Source: an uncultured Aquiluna sp. (GTDB taxonomy: Bacteria > Actinomycetota > Actinomycetes > Actinomycetales > Microbacteriaceae). From it: DNA of 64,000 nt. The DNA is taken from assembly GCA_913775595.1 (NCBI GenBank), contig CAJYLB010000001.1:1065135-1129134 (forward strand), in the 5' to 3' direction. How positions within the stretch are numbered: the first letter of the stretch is position 1; each line of letters starts with the position of its first letter. A program made the translations under genes and the position numbers. Under the pieces are notes generated by a model that made no database searches, was not told the origin of the DNA, and saw only the letters and a list, made by a program, of their open reading frames with translations. Of this stretch, positions 39,777 to 49,012 are shown in pieces.

Positions 39777-40723
39777 TGGATCTTCTTTGGCCAATTAAGT
39801 GGCTTATCGAGCTGATTCTGGTGTCCTTCCACACCGGACTGAGCGCTGTCGGATTCGGCTTTGACTCCGGTGCATCATGGGTTCTGTCGATAATTGGACT
39901 GGTGCTCGTGGTTCGAGCAGCTCTGATCCCTGTGTTTGTGAGGCAGATCAAGAGCCAGCGAAACATGATGCTGGTGCAGCCCGAGCTGATGAAGCTTCAA
40001 AAGAAGTACAAGGGTAAGAACGACAGGGAGTCGCGCGAGAAGTTCGCCCGCGAGCAGATGGACCTCTACAAGCGCACAGGCTCGAGCCCGTTTAGCTCCT
40101 GCCTCCCGCTCCTGCTTCAGATGCCTATCTTCATGGGCTTGTTCTTTGTATTGAATGACGCCCAGCGCAACAATGCCGGTGTTGGTCTATTGGATGCCGA
40201 CTTGGCGCTGTCTTTCTCTCAAGCAGAGGTCTTCGGAGCAATGCTTTCCGACACCTTCTTCGGCAGCGATGCAATAAACGTCAAAATCATTGCCGGAATC
40301 ATGATCGTTCTGATGTCTGCATCGCAGTTCATCACCCAGAAGCAGATCATGTCTAAAAACCAGAATCCTGATGTGCAGAACAGCCAATTCATGCAGACTC
40401 AGAAGATTCTGCTTTACGTGCTCCCTCTGGTCTTCCTGGTTTCCGGTCTTACTTTCCCCCTAGGTGTCATGACCTACTGGTTGGTCTCAAACTTCTGGAC
40501 CATGGGCCAGCAGTTCGTTGTGATCAGAAACATGCCAACGCCAGGCTCTCAGGCCTACAAAGAGCGCCAAGAGCGCCTCGCTCGCAAGGGAAAGCCTGTG
40601 GACGTGCTGCCTAAGGTGTCATCAGATGACGACGCTGATGCTCCGGAGAACCAGGAGCCCCAGTCCAAACAGCGTCAGCAGCCAGTGAGCAAGAATCGCG
40701 CAAAGAAAAAGAAGAAGAAATGA
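39776..40723 (+). CDS. yidC: membrane protein insertase YidC
   Basis: 315 aa, polytopic, with a Lys-rich C-terminal tail (AKKKKKK). Located after yidD. Confidence 0.92.
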   Translation: MDLLWPIKWLIELILVSFHTGLSAVGFGFDSGASWVLSIIGLVLVVRAALIPVFVRQIKSQRNMMLVQPELMKLQKKYKGKNDRESREKFAREQMDLYKRTGSSPFSSCLPLLLQMPIFMGLFFVLNDAQRNNAGVGLLDADLALSFSQAEVFGAMLSDTFFGSDAINVKIIAGIMIVLMSASQFITQKQIMSKNQNPDVQNSQFMQTQKILLYVLPLVFLVSGLTFPLGVMTYWLVSNFWTMGQQFVVIRNMPTPGSQAYKERQERLARKGKPVDVLPKVSSDDDADAPENQEPQSKQRQQPVSKNRAKKKKKK

Positions 40724-41187
40724 CAAAAGAAAACGAGCTTGAAAAAGAGGGCGAAATCGCCGCAGATTTTATCGAGGAGTTTCTGGATCTCGCCGATCTC
40801 GATGGCGACCTGGAGATTGAATTCAAGCAAGATCGCGTCTACCTGACGGTTGATAGCGAGGGTGAATCCAACCTTGGGAAGGTTTCGGACCCAGAGACCG
40901 TCACAGCCATTCAGGAGATAACCCGCCTGGCCGTTCAATCAAAGACTGGAGAGATGAGCAGGCTCATCTTGGATATCGCAGGATCTAGGGACGCAAGGGC
41001 GAAGCAGCTCAAAGAACTGGTTGAAAAGACCATTTCCAGACTCGAGGAGACCGACAAGGATCAGCACCTGAAGCCAATGAGCTCCTATGACAGGAAGCTG
41101 GTTCACGACATGGTCGCTGAAGCGGGAATGGTCTCGGAATCGGAAGGACAGGGGCGGGATCGCCATATTGTCATCAAGAAGCCGTAA
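40720..41187 (+). CDS. jag: R3H/KH domain RNA-binding protein Jag (KhpB-like)
   Basis: 155 aa. Acidic N-terminus and a C-terminal R3H motif (YDRKLVHDMV). ATGA overlap with yidC. Confidence 0.85.
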   Translation: MTKENELEKEGEIAADFIEEFLDLADLDGDLEIEFKQDRVYLTVDSEGESNLGKVSDPETVTAIQEITRLAVQSKTGEMSRLILDIAGSRDARAKQLKELVEKTISRLEETDKDQHLKPMSSYDRKLVHDMVAEAGMVSESEGQGRDRHIVIKKP

Positions 41188-41203
41188 TGTTTCACGTGAA
41201 ACA
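41188..41203. promoter_or_regulatory. parS centromere-like site (perfect 16-bp palindrome)
   Basis: TGTTTCACGTGAAACA begins 1 nt after the jag stop and matches the canonical parS consensus 16/16. Confidence 0.9.
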
Positions 41204-41214
41204 AGGGGGCTCAG

Positions 41215-41850
41215 ATGACTGATTCGATGGAACAAGAGCCCGCATTTGCGGCTGAGCTTTTCGGTCCAAGAATTGACCTGGCGCGCGGCTACACACATCG
41301 TCTCGGCAGTGATTCAGAGACGTTTGGTTTGCTTGGTCCAAGGGAGCTTCCTCGCATTTGGTCGCGGCACGTAATCAACAGCGCGCTGTTATCGGAACTG
41401 GTCCCAGACGGCGCAAAGGTGGTTGATGTTGGCAGCGGTGCCGGGTTGCCCGGGATCCCAATGGCAATCGCTCAGCCAAACGCCCATTTCACCCTGGTTG
41501 AACCCATGGAAAGACGCTCAAGCTGGATGCAATCCGTTATTGACGACCTAGGTATCAAAAACGCAAAGGTACTTAGAGCACGAGCGGAAGAGGTCACTGA
41601 AACGGACTTCGACTTCGCTACAGCCCGAGCCGTTGCCGCCTTAGATAAGTTATTGCGGCTGCTAACCCCTCTAATTAGGTTTTCAAAGCACAAAACAATC
41701 ATTGTTCTGAAGGGATCTAAGGCCCCAGATGAAATTGCGGCTGCATCCAACAAGCTTGACCTCTTGGGTTATTCACAGCCAGAGATACTGACTCTTGGAT
41801 CAAACAAAGCACCCGAAACTGCCACGGTAGTGAGGACAATGCTGAAATGA
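41215..41850 (+). CDS. rsmG: 16S rRNA (guanine527-N7)-methyltransferase RsmG
   Basis: 211 aa. SAM motif VVDVGSGAGLPGIP. Lies between jag and parA. Confidence 0.92.
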   Translation: MTDSMEQEPAFAAELFGPRIDLARGYTHRLGSDSETFGLLGPRELPRIWSRHVINSALLSELVPDGAKVVDVGSGAGLPGIPMAIAQPNAHFTLVEPMERRSSWMQSVIDDLGIKNAKVLRARAEEVTETDFDFATARAVAALDKLLRLLTPLIRFSKHKTIIVLKGSKAPDEIAAASNKLDLLGYSQPEILTLGSNKAPETATVVRTMLK

Positions 41851-41995
41851 TTGAAGACAACATGGAAAACCCCGCAGATTCAACCGCTGAGACTAAACCA
41901 AGCGTTGCATCAGGCATGGGCTACCCAAATCACAGGGACGAGATCTCACCGGAACCAATTGGTTGGCAGGGCCTAGACACCGACGACCTGACAGA

Positions 41996-42011
41996 GGTTT
42001 CACGTGAAACA
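41996..42011. promoter_or_regulatory. parS site (15/16 match)
   Basis: GGTTTCACGTGAAACA lies in the rsmG-parA spacer and overlaps the longest possible parA start. Confidence 0.8.
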
Positions 42012-42906
42012 TCGGGGGATAAAAGTGTTGACTGAGCATCAAAACACACCGATCCTGCGGGAAATGACTCAAAACCTCGAGAGAGCCAAGCGGGTCGCCC
42101 AAATCGAGCTCAACCCTCCAGCAAGAACTCGAGTTATCACCATCTCAAATCAAAAGGGTGGCGTTGGTAAGACCACCACCGCAGTAAACCTGGCCGCTGC
42201 ACTGGCACGAAAAGGAATGCAGGTCCTCGTAATCGATCTTGATCCCCAGGGAAACGCCTCCACAGCACTTGGGGTGGAGCACCACAGCGGTGTGATTAGT
42301 AGCTACGAGGTAATGATGGGTGAGGCGACCATGGCTGAGGCGGTCAAACCCAGCACAGAGCACGAAAATCTGGTTTGCCTTCCCGCCACTATTGATCTTG
42401 CCGGAGCCGAAATCGATCTTGTTGCCAGAGAGGGCAGGGAGCGGATCCTCGCCAACGCCCTGAGTGTTTACTCGGCTTCTCGTGCAAACAGACTCGACTA
42501 CGTATTTATTGACTCGCCTCCCAGCCTCGGACTACTCACGGTGAACGCACTAACCGCAGCTACAGAGGTTTTGGTTCCGATTCAGTGCGAGTACTACGCG
42601 CTAGAGGGTGTAACTCAGCTGGTTTCAAATATTGAGCGTATAAAAAGTGCCCTCAATCCCGCTCTAGTAGTTAGCAGCATTCTCTTGACGATGTTTGACA
42701 ACCGGACCAACCTCAGCGCGGACGTATCTGCCGAGGTAAAGAAATACTTCCCAAGTCAGACTCTTAGCACGGTGATTCCCAGGTCAGTGAGGCTTTCGGA
42801 GGCACCAAGCTTCGGTCAAACCGCAATTAGCTACGACCCCAAGAATTCTGGCTCTCTTGCTTATCAAGAGGCCGCGATTGAACTGGCACAACAAGGAGCC
42901 CACTAA
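42004..42906 (+). CDS. parA: ParA family chromosome partitioning ATPase
   Basis: Deviant Walker A NQKGGVGKTT. The ORF-track start (GTG 42004) lies inside parS. GTG 42025 is preceded by GGGGGA and is an equally plausible start. Confidence 0.9.
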   Translation: MKHRGIKVLTEHQNTPILREMTQNLERAKRVAQIELNPPARTRVITISNQKGGVGKTTTAVNLAAALARKGMQVLVIDLDPQGNASTALGVEHHSGVISSYEVMMGEATMAEAVKPSTEHENLVCLPATIDLAGAEIDLVAREGRERILANALSVYSASRANRLDYVFIDSPPSLGLLTVNALTAATEVLVPIQCEYYALEGVTQLVSNIERIKSALNPALVVSSILLTMFDNRTNLSADVSAEVKKYFPSQTLSTVIPRSVRLSEAPSFGQTAISYDPKNSGSLAYQEAAIELAQQGAH

Positions 42907-43811
42907 TGGCAGAGGAAAAACGACGGAGTGGTCTGGGACGGGGAATCGGATCACTGATTCCAACAGGCGAGAGGGAGGCCGTAGATGTCTTCTTCAGCTC
43001 AGAAAATGAAGGCCTGTCTGCGGTGCCGGGTGCAAAACTCGCCTATCTAGACCCGAACCGCATTACACCAAACCCCCAGCAACCACGAGCGACATTTGAA
43101 CCTGAAGCATTCGCAGAGTTGGTGCACTCAGTCCGTGAGTTTGGGGTTTTGCAGCCAATTGTTGTGAGACCCAAGGGTTCCGATTTCGAGCTGATCATGG
43201 GAGAGCGTCGCCTAAGGGCCTCAAAGGAGGCGGGATTAGAGGCAATCCCAGCCATCATTCGCGACACCGCTGATGAAAACATGCTGCGAGATGCGCTGCT
43301 TGAAAACCTTCACCGCGCAAACCTAAACCCCCTTGAAGAGGCCAGTGCATACAAGCAGCTACTCGAGGACTTCGGAACCACCCAGGAAGAACTTGCAGAT
43401 CGTCTTGGGAGGTCGCGCCCGCAGATCACCAACACCCTTCGGCTGCTGAGACTCCCAATGGATGTTCAAAGTAAGGTCGCCTCGGGTGTTCTTTCAGCAG
43501 GTCACGCGAGAGCCCTTCTCGGAGCACCTAATGAGCAGGTAATGAGCGAGCTGGCCGGCAGGGTGATTCGTGAGGGGCTATCGGTTCGCAGTCTTGAGGA
43601 AATCGTCTCAGGGGTAAAGGTAAAGCCAAAACGCCCTGTGGTTGTGCCGGGAGGCAGGACCGACATGCTCTCGGAGTTGGCGGATGAGCTAGCCGATTAT
43701 CTAAACACCGGAGTAAAGATCAACTTGAGCCGGAAGAAGGGCCAGATTCATATCGATTTTGGCTCGGTTGCAGATCTCAGGCGAATAATCGACGAGATCA
43801 AGGGCCACTAA
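42906..43811 (+). CDS. parB: ParB/Spo0J chromosome partitioning protein
   Basis: 301 aa. ParB-box GERRLRAS, and HTH QEELADRLGRSRPQITNTLRLL. Confidence 0.93.
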   Translation: MAEEKRRSGLGRGIGSLIPTGEREAVDVFFSSENEGLSAVPGAKLAYLDPNRITPNPQQPRATFEPEAFAELVHSVREFGVLQPIVVRPKGSDFELIMGERRLRASKEAGLEAIPAIIRDTADENMLRDALLENLHRANLNPLEEASAYKQLLEDFGTTQEELADRLGRSRPQITNTLRLLRLPMDVQSKVASGVLSAGHARALLGAPNEQVMSELAGRVIREGLSVRSLEEIVSGVKVKPKRPVVVPGGRTDMLSELADELADYLNTGVKINLSRKKGQIHIDFGSVADLRRIIDEIKGH

Positions 43812-44746
43812 CGCAGCGCTGCTTGAACCAGCGACAAATAAGTTTCGGGCAGGGTTTGCCCGGAAGCCACCACGGACTGCGGCAAGAGCGATGTTTCGGT
43901 CATGCCGGGTGTGACGTTTGCCTCCAAAAACCAAGGGGTTCCGTCTTCGTCGACAATCATGTCTATGCGGCTGAGGTGTCTTAGTCTCAGTGCTGAGTGC
44001 GCAGTAGTAGCGAGCTCTGCCGCCGCCTCCAGTGTTGTCGCAGGAAGTCTCGCGGGTACGAAGTAGTCGGTCTGACCTGGCGTGTAGCGCTCGTTGTACC
44101 CGAAACTGCCGCTCTCCGGAACGATTTCAACGGCTGGCAGCGCTACGGGACCTCCCCCAAGGTCGATAACACTGATCGCTAGCTCGGTTCCGGCGACAAA
44201 CTTCTCAACCATCACCTCGTCGCAATAGGCAAATGCCTCGATCATTGCCTTGGAGAACTCCTTCGCGTTGTTAACTTGGTTAACACCTTGTGCAGAGCCA
44301 CTGCGTGCGGGCTTGACGATAAGTGGGTATGTGAGCTCAGTGGCGACCATGGCCAGTACTGACTCAGCATTGAGCTCCTTGAAAGACGAACTCGGCAGGG
44401 TAATTGACGCGGGCGTTTGCACGCCGTGGCGAGCGAGCAGGATCTTGGCCGTCGGCTTGTTCCAGGCCAGCCTGGCACCCTCTGCTTGCGTGCCCACGTA
44501 GCGAATCTGGGCCAGGGAAAGAAGATCTTGCAATGAGCCATCCTCGCCAACGGCACCATGCAGGGTTGACCAGACCACATCGGGTCTTGTGGCGATCAAA
44601 TGCCCAATGAGTTCGCTATCAGGCTCTCTAATCTCGACTTCGCAGCCCGAATCGGCCAGCGCATCTGCCACCCGACGACCCGACTTCAGGGAAACGTCAC
44701 GCTCATGCGAGATTCCACCGGCGAGAATGAGGACGCGGTGGGTCAT
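43808..44746 (-). CDS. ddl: D-alanine--D-alanine ligase family ATP-grasp enzyme
   Basis: 312 aa. ILAGGISHERDVSLKSG N-terminus, an ATP-grasp core and a C-terminal LEANVTPGMTE motif. Confidence 0.82.
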   Translation of the reverse strand: MTHRVLILAGGISHERDVSLKSGRRVADALADSGCEVEIREPDSELIGHLIATRPDVVWSTLHGAVGEDGSLQDLLSLAQIRYVGTQAEGARLAWNKPTAKILLARHGVQTPASITLPSSSFKELNAESVLAMVATELTYPLIVKPARSGSAQGVNQVNNAKEFSKAMIEAFAYCDEVMVEKFVAGTELAISVIDLGGGPVALPAVEIVPESGSFGYNERYTPGQTDYFVPARLPATTLEAAAELATTAHSALRLRHLSRIDMIVDEDGTPWFLEANVTPGMTETSLLPQSVVASGQTLPETYLSLVQAALR

Positions 44747-46002
44747 TTCGAGGGCCCAAAGGTTGATAGAAGCTCAACCTGCTTGTCGATCACATTTGCA
44801 AGCCTGTGGATACCGATTTTTACGTTCTCTGCGGTTGGGTGCGAGAAGCAGACCCTTATGTTGTCGTGCCCTCTGCCATCGCCGTAGAAGGCGGTGCCTG
44901 GTGTGTATGCGACCAGCTCGGTTACCGCAAGGGGCAGCATTTCCTTACTGTTTAGTCCCTCAGGAAGCGTGAGCCAGAGGAAGAAGCCACCGGCTGGCTC
45001 CGTGGTGTGAAGACCCGGGAGGTACTGCCTCACAGCCTCCAACGCGGCATCCCGCTTGGTTTTGTAAAGCTCTCGGTAGTCCGCCACCTGCTTCTCCCAG
45101 TCACATGTCGCAAGGTATTCGCTAACAAGCATTTGGGCGAAGGTTGCGGGGGAGAGAATCGCCGACTCGTTAGCAAGCACGAGCTTTTCCCTGATGGCCG
45201 GGGGTGCAAGCACATAGCCGACCCTCAGGCCAGGCGAGAGTATCTTCGAGAAGCTCCCCAAATACACAACGCCCTCGGAATCAAAGGCTCTGAGTGCCTT
45301 CGGAGGCTTTTGATCAAAGTAAAGAAGGCCGTATGGGTTGTCCTCGACAATGAGAATGCCGTTCTCACGACAGATCTCTAGAACGCGTTGCCTGCGCTCC
45401 TCCGAAAGCGTCACCCCGCTTGGGTTGGCGAAGTTAGGCACAACGTAGAGCAGCTTGATTCGCTTCCCATCGGCCTTGAGGCGCTCAACAGCCTCTTCTA
45501 GAGCATCCGGGCTGATGCCGTCGTGATCGGTGAAAACGTGCTCGATGTGCGCTTCTTTGTGGCGGAAGATACCGACAGCCCCCACATAACTGGGTGACTC
45601 TACGAGGACGACATCGCCCTGGTCCAAGAAGAGGTCTGAGATTAGCTCGAGTGCGTGCTGCGAGCCGGTTGTGATCATTAGGTCTTCCACGCTGCCGTGA
45701 ACACCGTCAAGTTCCATGATCTCTCTGATTTGCTCCCTCAGGCGCAAATCGCCCTGCCCGCCGCCATATTGCAGGGCGTACTGCGGACGGGAGGACATCA
45801 GGGAATCAAAGGCCGAGCGAATGGCGTCGTTGTCCATAGCGCTAACATCTGGCATGCCACCAGCTAGCGAGACCACCTCGGGCCTTGATACAACGGAAAA
45901 AAGAGCTCGCACCTCGGAAACGGCAAGATTCTCTGCCCTCTTGGCATAGGCATGCTTCCAAGAGTCAAAGTTAGTTGCCTGTCCAAGGCGTGTTTCAGTC
46001 AT
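44743..46002 (-). CDS. PLP-dependent aminotransferase (class I/II, Aro8/LysN-like)
   Basis: 419 aa. SFSKILSPGLRVGY PLP-lysine motif. 4-nt overlap with ddl. Confidence 0.85.
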   Translation of the reverse strand: MTETRLGQATNFDSWKHAYAKRAENLAVSEVRALFSVVSRPEVVSLAGGMPDVSAMDNDAIRSAFDSLMSSRPQYALQYGGGQGDLRLREQIREIMELDGVHGSVEDLMITTGSQHALELISDLFLDQGDVVLVESPSYVGAVGIFRHKEAHIEHVFTDHDGISPDALEEAVERLKADGKRIKLLYVVPNFANPSGVTLSEERRQRVLEICRENGILIVEDNPYGLLYFDQKPPKALRAFDSEGVVYLGSFSKILSPGLRVGYVLAPPAIREKLVLANESAILSPATFAQMLVSEYLATCDWEKQVADYRELYKTKRDAALEAVRQYLPGLHTTEPAGGFFLWLTLPEGLNSKEMLPLAVTELVAYTPGTAFYGDGRGHDNIRVCFSHPTAENVKIGIHRLANVIDKQVELLSTFGPSK

Positions 46003-46062
46003 CGCGCTCCGTTGGGTTTAGCGCAAAGTCTAGCCAGTATGGCTCTTTGGCTCTAGAGCGAG

Positions 46063-46383
46063 TTACTTGAGAAACTCGGCCAGCTCTTCAACCAGTGCCG
46101 CCTTTGGGCGAGCACCAACGAGCTGCTTGACCATTTTTCCGCCCTGGAAAACCCCCAAAAGCGGAATTCCGGTAACGCCGTATTGCATGGCCAGGTCTGG
46201 CTCGTGGTCTACGTTTACCTTGGCGATAGTGATTTTGTCGCGGTATTCCTCGGCCAATTCGGCCAAGATTGGCGAAATCATGCGGCAGGGGCCACACCAC
46301 TCCGCCCAGAAGTCAACCACCACGGGCTTGTCAGCCTGTAGCACATCGGCCTCGAACTTTTGTGTCGTTGTGTCGATTGGCAT
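46063..46383 (-). CDS. trxA: thioredoxin
   Basis: 106 aa with the WCGPC active site. Confidence 0.95.
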   Translation of the reverse strand: MPIDTTTQKFEADVLQADKPVVVDFWAEWCGPCRMISPILAELAEEYRDKITIAKVNVDHEPDLAMQYGVTGIPLLGVFQGGKMVKQLVGARPKAALVEELAEFLK

Positions 46384-47313
46384 TTACTCTCCTTGTAAGG
46401 AACTTAGGTAGTGTTCGGCATCGAGTGCCGCTACACAACCTGAGCCAGCTGCCGTAATCGCCTGTCTGTAGGTGGGGTCGATGACGTCACCGGAGGCAAA
46501 TACGCCTGGCAGTGAGGTCTTTGAGGTTCGGCCCTCAACCTTGATGAAACGATCTGGAGTTAGCTCTACCTGATTCTCAACAAGATCAACCCTCGGGTCA
46601 TTTCCGATCGCGATAAACAGCCCGTCTAGCGCGAGATCCTTTTTTTCACCAGTTTGGGTGTCCTCAAGCACTACTCCCTCAAGCTTTGCATCGCCCTTCA
46701 GCTCTGCTACCGCAGAGTTCCAAATGAATTCAATTTTTGGATTGTCAAAGGCGCGCTGCTGCATGATCTTTGATGCCTTTAGCGAGTCTCGTCTGTGGAT
46801 TATGTAGACCTTGGAGGCGAACTTGGTGAGGAAGTTGGCCTCCTCCATTGCCGAGTCTCCACCGCCAACAACGGCGATTACCTTTTCACGGAAGAAGAAG
46901 CCATCGCAGGTTGCACACCAGCTCACGCCGTGTCCGCTCAGCTCCTTCTCCTTTGGAAGACCTAGCTCGCGGTATGCGGCACCGGTTGAAATGATCACCG
47001 ATTTTGCCTCGAAGCTCTCGCCGCCGCCCGTCTTTACAACTTTGGTTGCGCCCTTTAGGTCCACCTCGACCACGTCATCGAAGAGAATCTCGGTGCCGAA
47101 GCGCTCCGCTTGAGCCTGAAAGTTTGCCATTAGGTCTGGACCCATTAGCCCCTCGGGGAAACCGGGGAAGTTCTCCACCTCGGTGGTCTTCATCAGCTCA
47201 CCACCGGGCTCCACGCTGCTGGCTATTAGCAGTGGGTTTAGCTGAGCCCTGGCCGCATAGATCGCTGCCGTGTAGCCCGCTGGGCCAGATCCAATGATGA
47301 TTACGTCGCGCAT
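46384..47313 (-). CDS. trxB: thioredoxin-disulfide reductase
   Basis: 309 aa. GSGPAG FAD motif and CATCDG redox centre. Abuts trxA. Confidence 0.95.
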   Translation of the reverse strand: MRDVIIIGSGPAGYTAAIYAARAQLNPLLIASSVEPGGELMKTTEVENFPGFPEGLMGPDLMANFQAQAERFGTEILFDDVVEVDLKGATKVVKTGGGESFEAKSVIISTGAAYRELGLPKEKELSGHGVSWCATCDGFFFREKVIAVVGGGDSAMEEANFLTKFASKVYIIHRRDSLKASKIMQQRAFDNPKIEFIWNSAVAELKGDAKLEGVVLEDTQTGEKKDLALDGLFIAIGNDPRVDLVENQVELTPDRFIKVEGRTSKTSLPGVFASGDVIDPTYRQAITAAGSGCVAALDAEHYLSSLQGE

Positions 47314-47362
47314 TTATTTCCTCGAGCATCTAAACATAGATGGTTGTCTATTTATTTCAAGT

Positions 47363-49012
47363 CTACTTGTTGGCCCGACCAAACCTACCTCTTAGACCAC
47401 CAAAGATTTCCCGAAGTTCAGGCGATTTCAGAAGCGCAAGGGTCGCGAGGTAGACAGCGGCCATCGGAGTTGCTACCACAACGCAGCTCAAGACTGCGCT
47501 GAGAACGGTGTCAACGGCGAACGAGCTTGCGCCGATGCCCCCTAAGAGCCAGAGAGTGCCGACTCCAGCTGCGGTTGCCGGAACGGCTGCGATTGCAAAC
47601 TTTAGGATCGATCGAGTGACACCAAAGCCCGAGAGCGTTCCAATTCGTCGCTTTAGGAGGCTGTAGGCGATAAGCCCCTGGATGGTTATCGAGAATGCCG
47701 TAATCAAGGCGATCGTGACAACAAGAATCTCCTTAGGCGCCAGGAAGCCAGCTGTTATCGAGCCTGTGATGTGAATTGCGATTTGGATTGAAGTGAAGAT
47801 AAACGGTGTTTTCGTATCCTCAAGTGCAAAAAAGGCTCGCTGCATCATGTAGACGAAGCTAAACGGCAACAGTCCGATCATGAAGGCTGCAATCACATTG
47901 CCAAGAGCAGCTGTCGATGGGTACTCGCCGACAAACACTCTTGCCACCGGATAGCTCAGAACAATTAGCACCGCGCTCGAAATCACGCTCACCAGGGCGA
48001 TCACTCGAAGTCCGGTGGTCAGATCAATCTTGAACTCTTTTGACCTGCCAGCCTGGTTGTGCTCTGCCATGCGGGTGAAGTAGGCGGTGGCAATTGAGAC
48101 CGTGACCACCGAATGTGGGAGCATGAAGATGAGCCAGGCGATGGCCGCAGCGGCGACAGACGCTATCGCAGGCGAAGAGTCTCGCTCCGCGGCCGCAGTT
48201 GATGCCACAGCTGTCTGAACAAGCCCACCAATCTGGGTGACTAGCACCATTCCCAGTGACCAGGACGCGGCCTTGAGAGCAGGGCCAAGGCCAAAACCGC
48301 GCCATTGGAAATTCAAATTCAGCTTGAGTCCGATTCTTCGCCAGCTCACAAGCAGAATTAGCGCTTGAGCGGCAACACCTAGGGTCGCTGAGCCTGCTAG
48401 GAGGGCGATTCTGTCCGGCCCCCACTCGCTAACCCCTCGGATTCCGGTTGGGTCGGCAGCGAATATCGCGATAAAGGCCGCGAGTCCTGCCAGCGAGACC
48501 ACGTTGTTTAGCACCGGTGCCCACATGAAAGGTCCAAATGCTTTGCGGGAGTTCAGCACCTCACCAAATACCGAGTAGAGACCATAGAAGAACAGCTGTG
48601 GTAAACACCAGTAGGCAAACGCTGTTGCAAGAGCGAGTTGATCCTCGCTCCAACCGTTTGTGTAAATGCGCACCAACAGCGGAGCCGCAATGGTGAAAAG
48701 CAGTGTCACAGAGAAAAACACTGTTATTGCGAGTGTCACAAAGCGATCTACGTAACCCTTGCCACCATCCAGGCCACCCCTGGCCTTGACGAGCTGAGGA
48801 ACCAGCACTGCGTTGAGCACCCCGCCCACGATGATGGCGTAGACGTTATTCGGGAGTTGGTTTGCAACCCCGAAGGCGTCTGCCGCATCTGTGGTCACGC
48901 CAATCGCAGCCGCCAGGAGCACGGCTCTTGCAAAGCCCAAGATGCGGGAGATGATGGTTCCGCTGGCCATAACCAGAGAACTGCGAGTCACAGATGGGTT
49001 TAGATCACTCAC
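47363..49012 (-). CDS. murJ: lipid II flippase MurJ (MviN), short form without pseudokinase extension
   Basis: 549 aa with about 14 TM helices. N-terminus SGTIISRILGFARAVLLAAAIG...ADAFGVANQLPN. Confidence 0.9.
   Translation of the reverse strand: MSDLNPSVTRSSLVMASGTIISRILGFARAVLLAAAIGVTTDAADAFGVANQLPNNVYAIIVGGVLNAVLVPQLVKARGGLDGGKGYVDRFVTLAITVFFSVTLLFTIAAPLLVRIYTNGWSEDQLALATAFAYWCLPQLFFYGLYSVFGEVLNSRKAFGPFMWAPVLNNVVSLAGLAAFIAIFAADPTGIRGVSEWGPDRIALLAGSATLGVAAQALILLVSWRRIGLKLNLNFQWRGFGLGPALKAASWSLGMVLVTQIGGLVQTAVASTAAAERDSSPAIASVAAAAIAWLIFMLPHSVVTVSIATAYFTRMAEHNQAGRSKEFKIDLTTGLRVIALVSVISSAVLIVLSYPVARVFVGEYPSTAALGNVIAAFMIGLLPFSFVYMMQRAFFALEDTKTPFIFTSIQIAIHITGSITAGFLAPKEILVVTIALITAFSITIQGLIAYSLLKRRIGTLSGFGVTRSILKFAIAAVPATAAGVGTLWLLGGIGASSFAVDTVLSAVLSCVVVATPMAAVYLATLALLKSPELREIFGGLRGRFGRANK

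Noticed and set aside
40690-40723. A-rich run (aagaaaaagaagaagaaatga) at the yidC end, considered as a slippery site or frameshift
   Set aside because: It encodes the usual Lys-rich YidC tail, and the frame ends cleanly in an ATGA overlap with jag. No second frame needs rescuing.
41847-42035. 62-aa acidic ORF in the rsmG-parA spacer
   Set aside because: It has no recognisable motif, contains a parS site, and is out of frame with parA. It is kept only as a note in the parS finding and not called as a gene.
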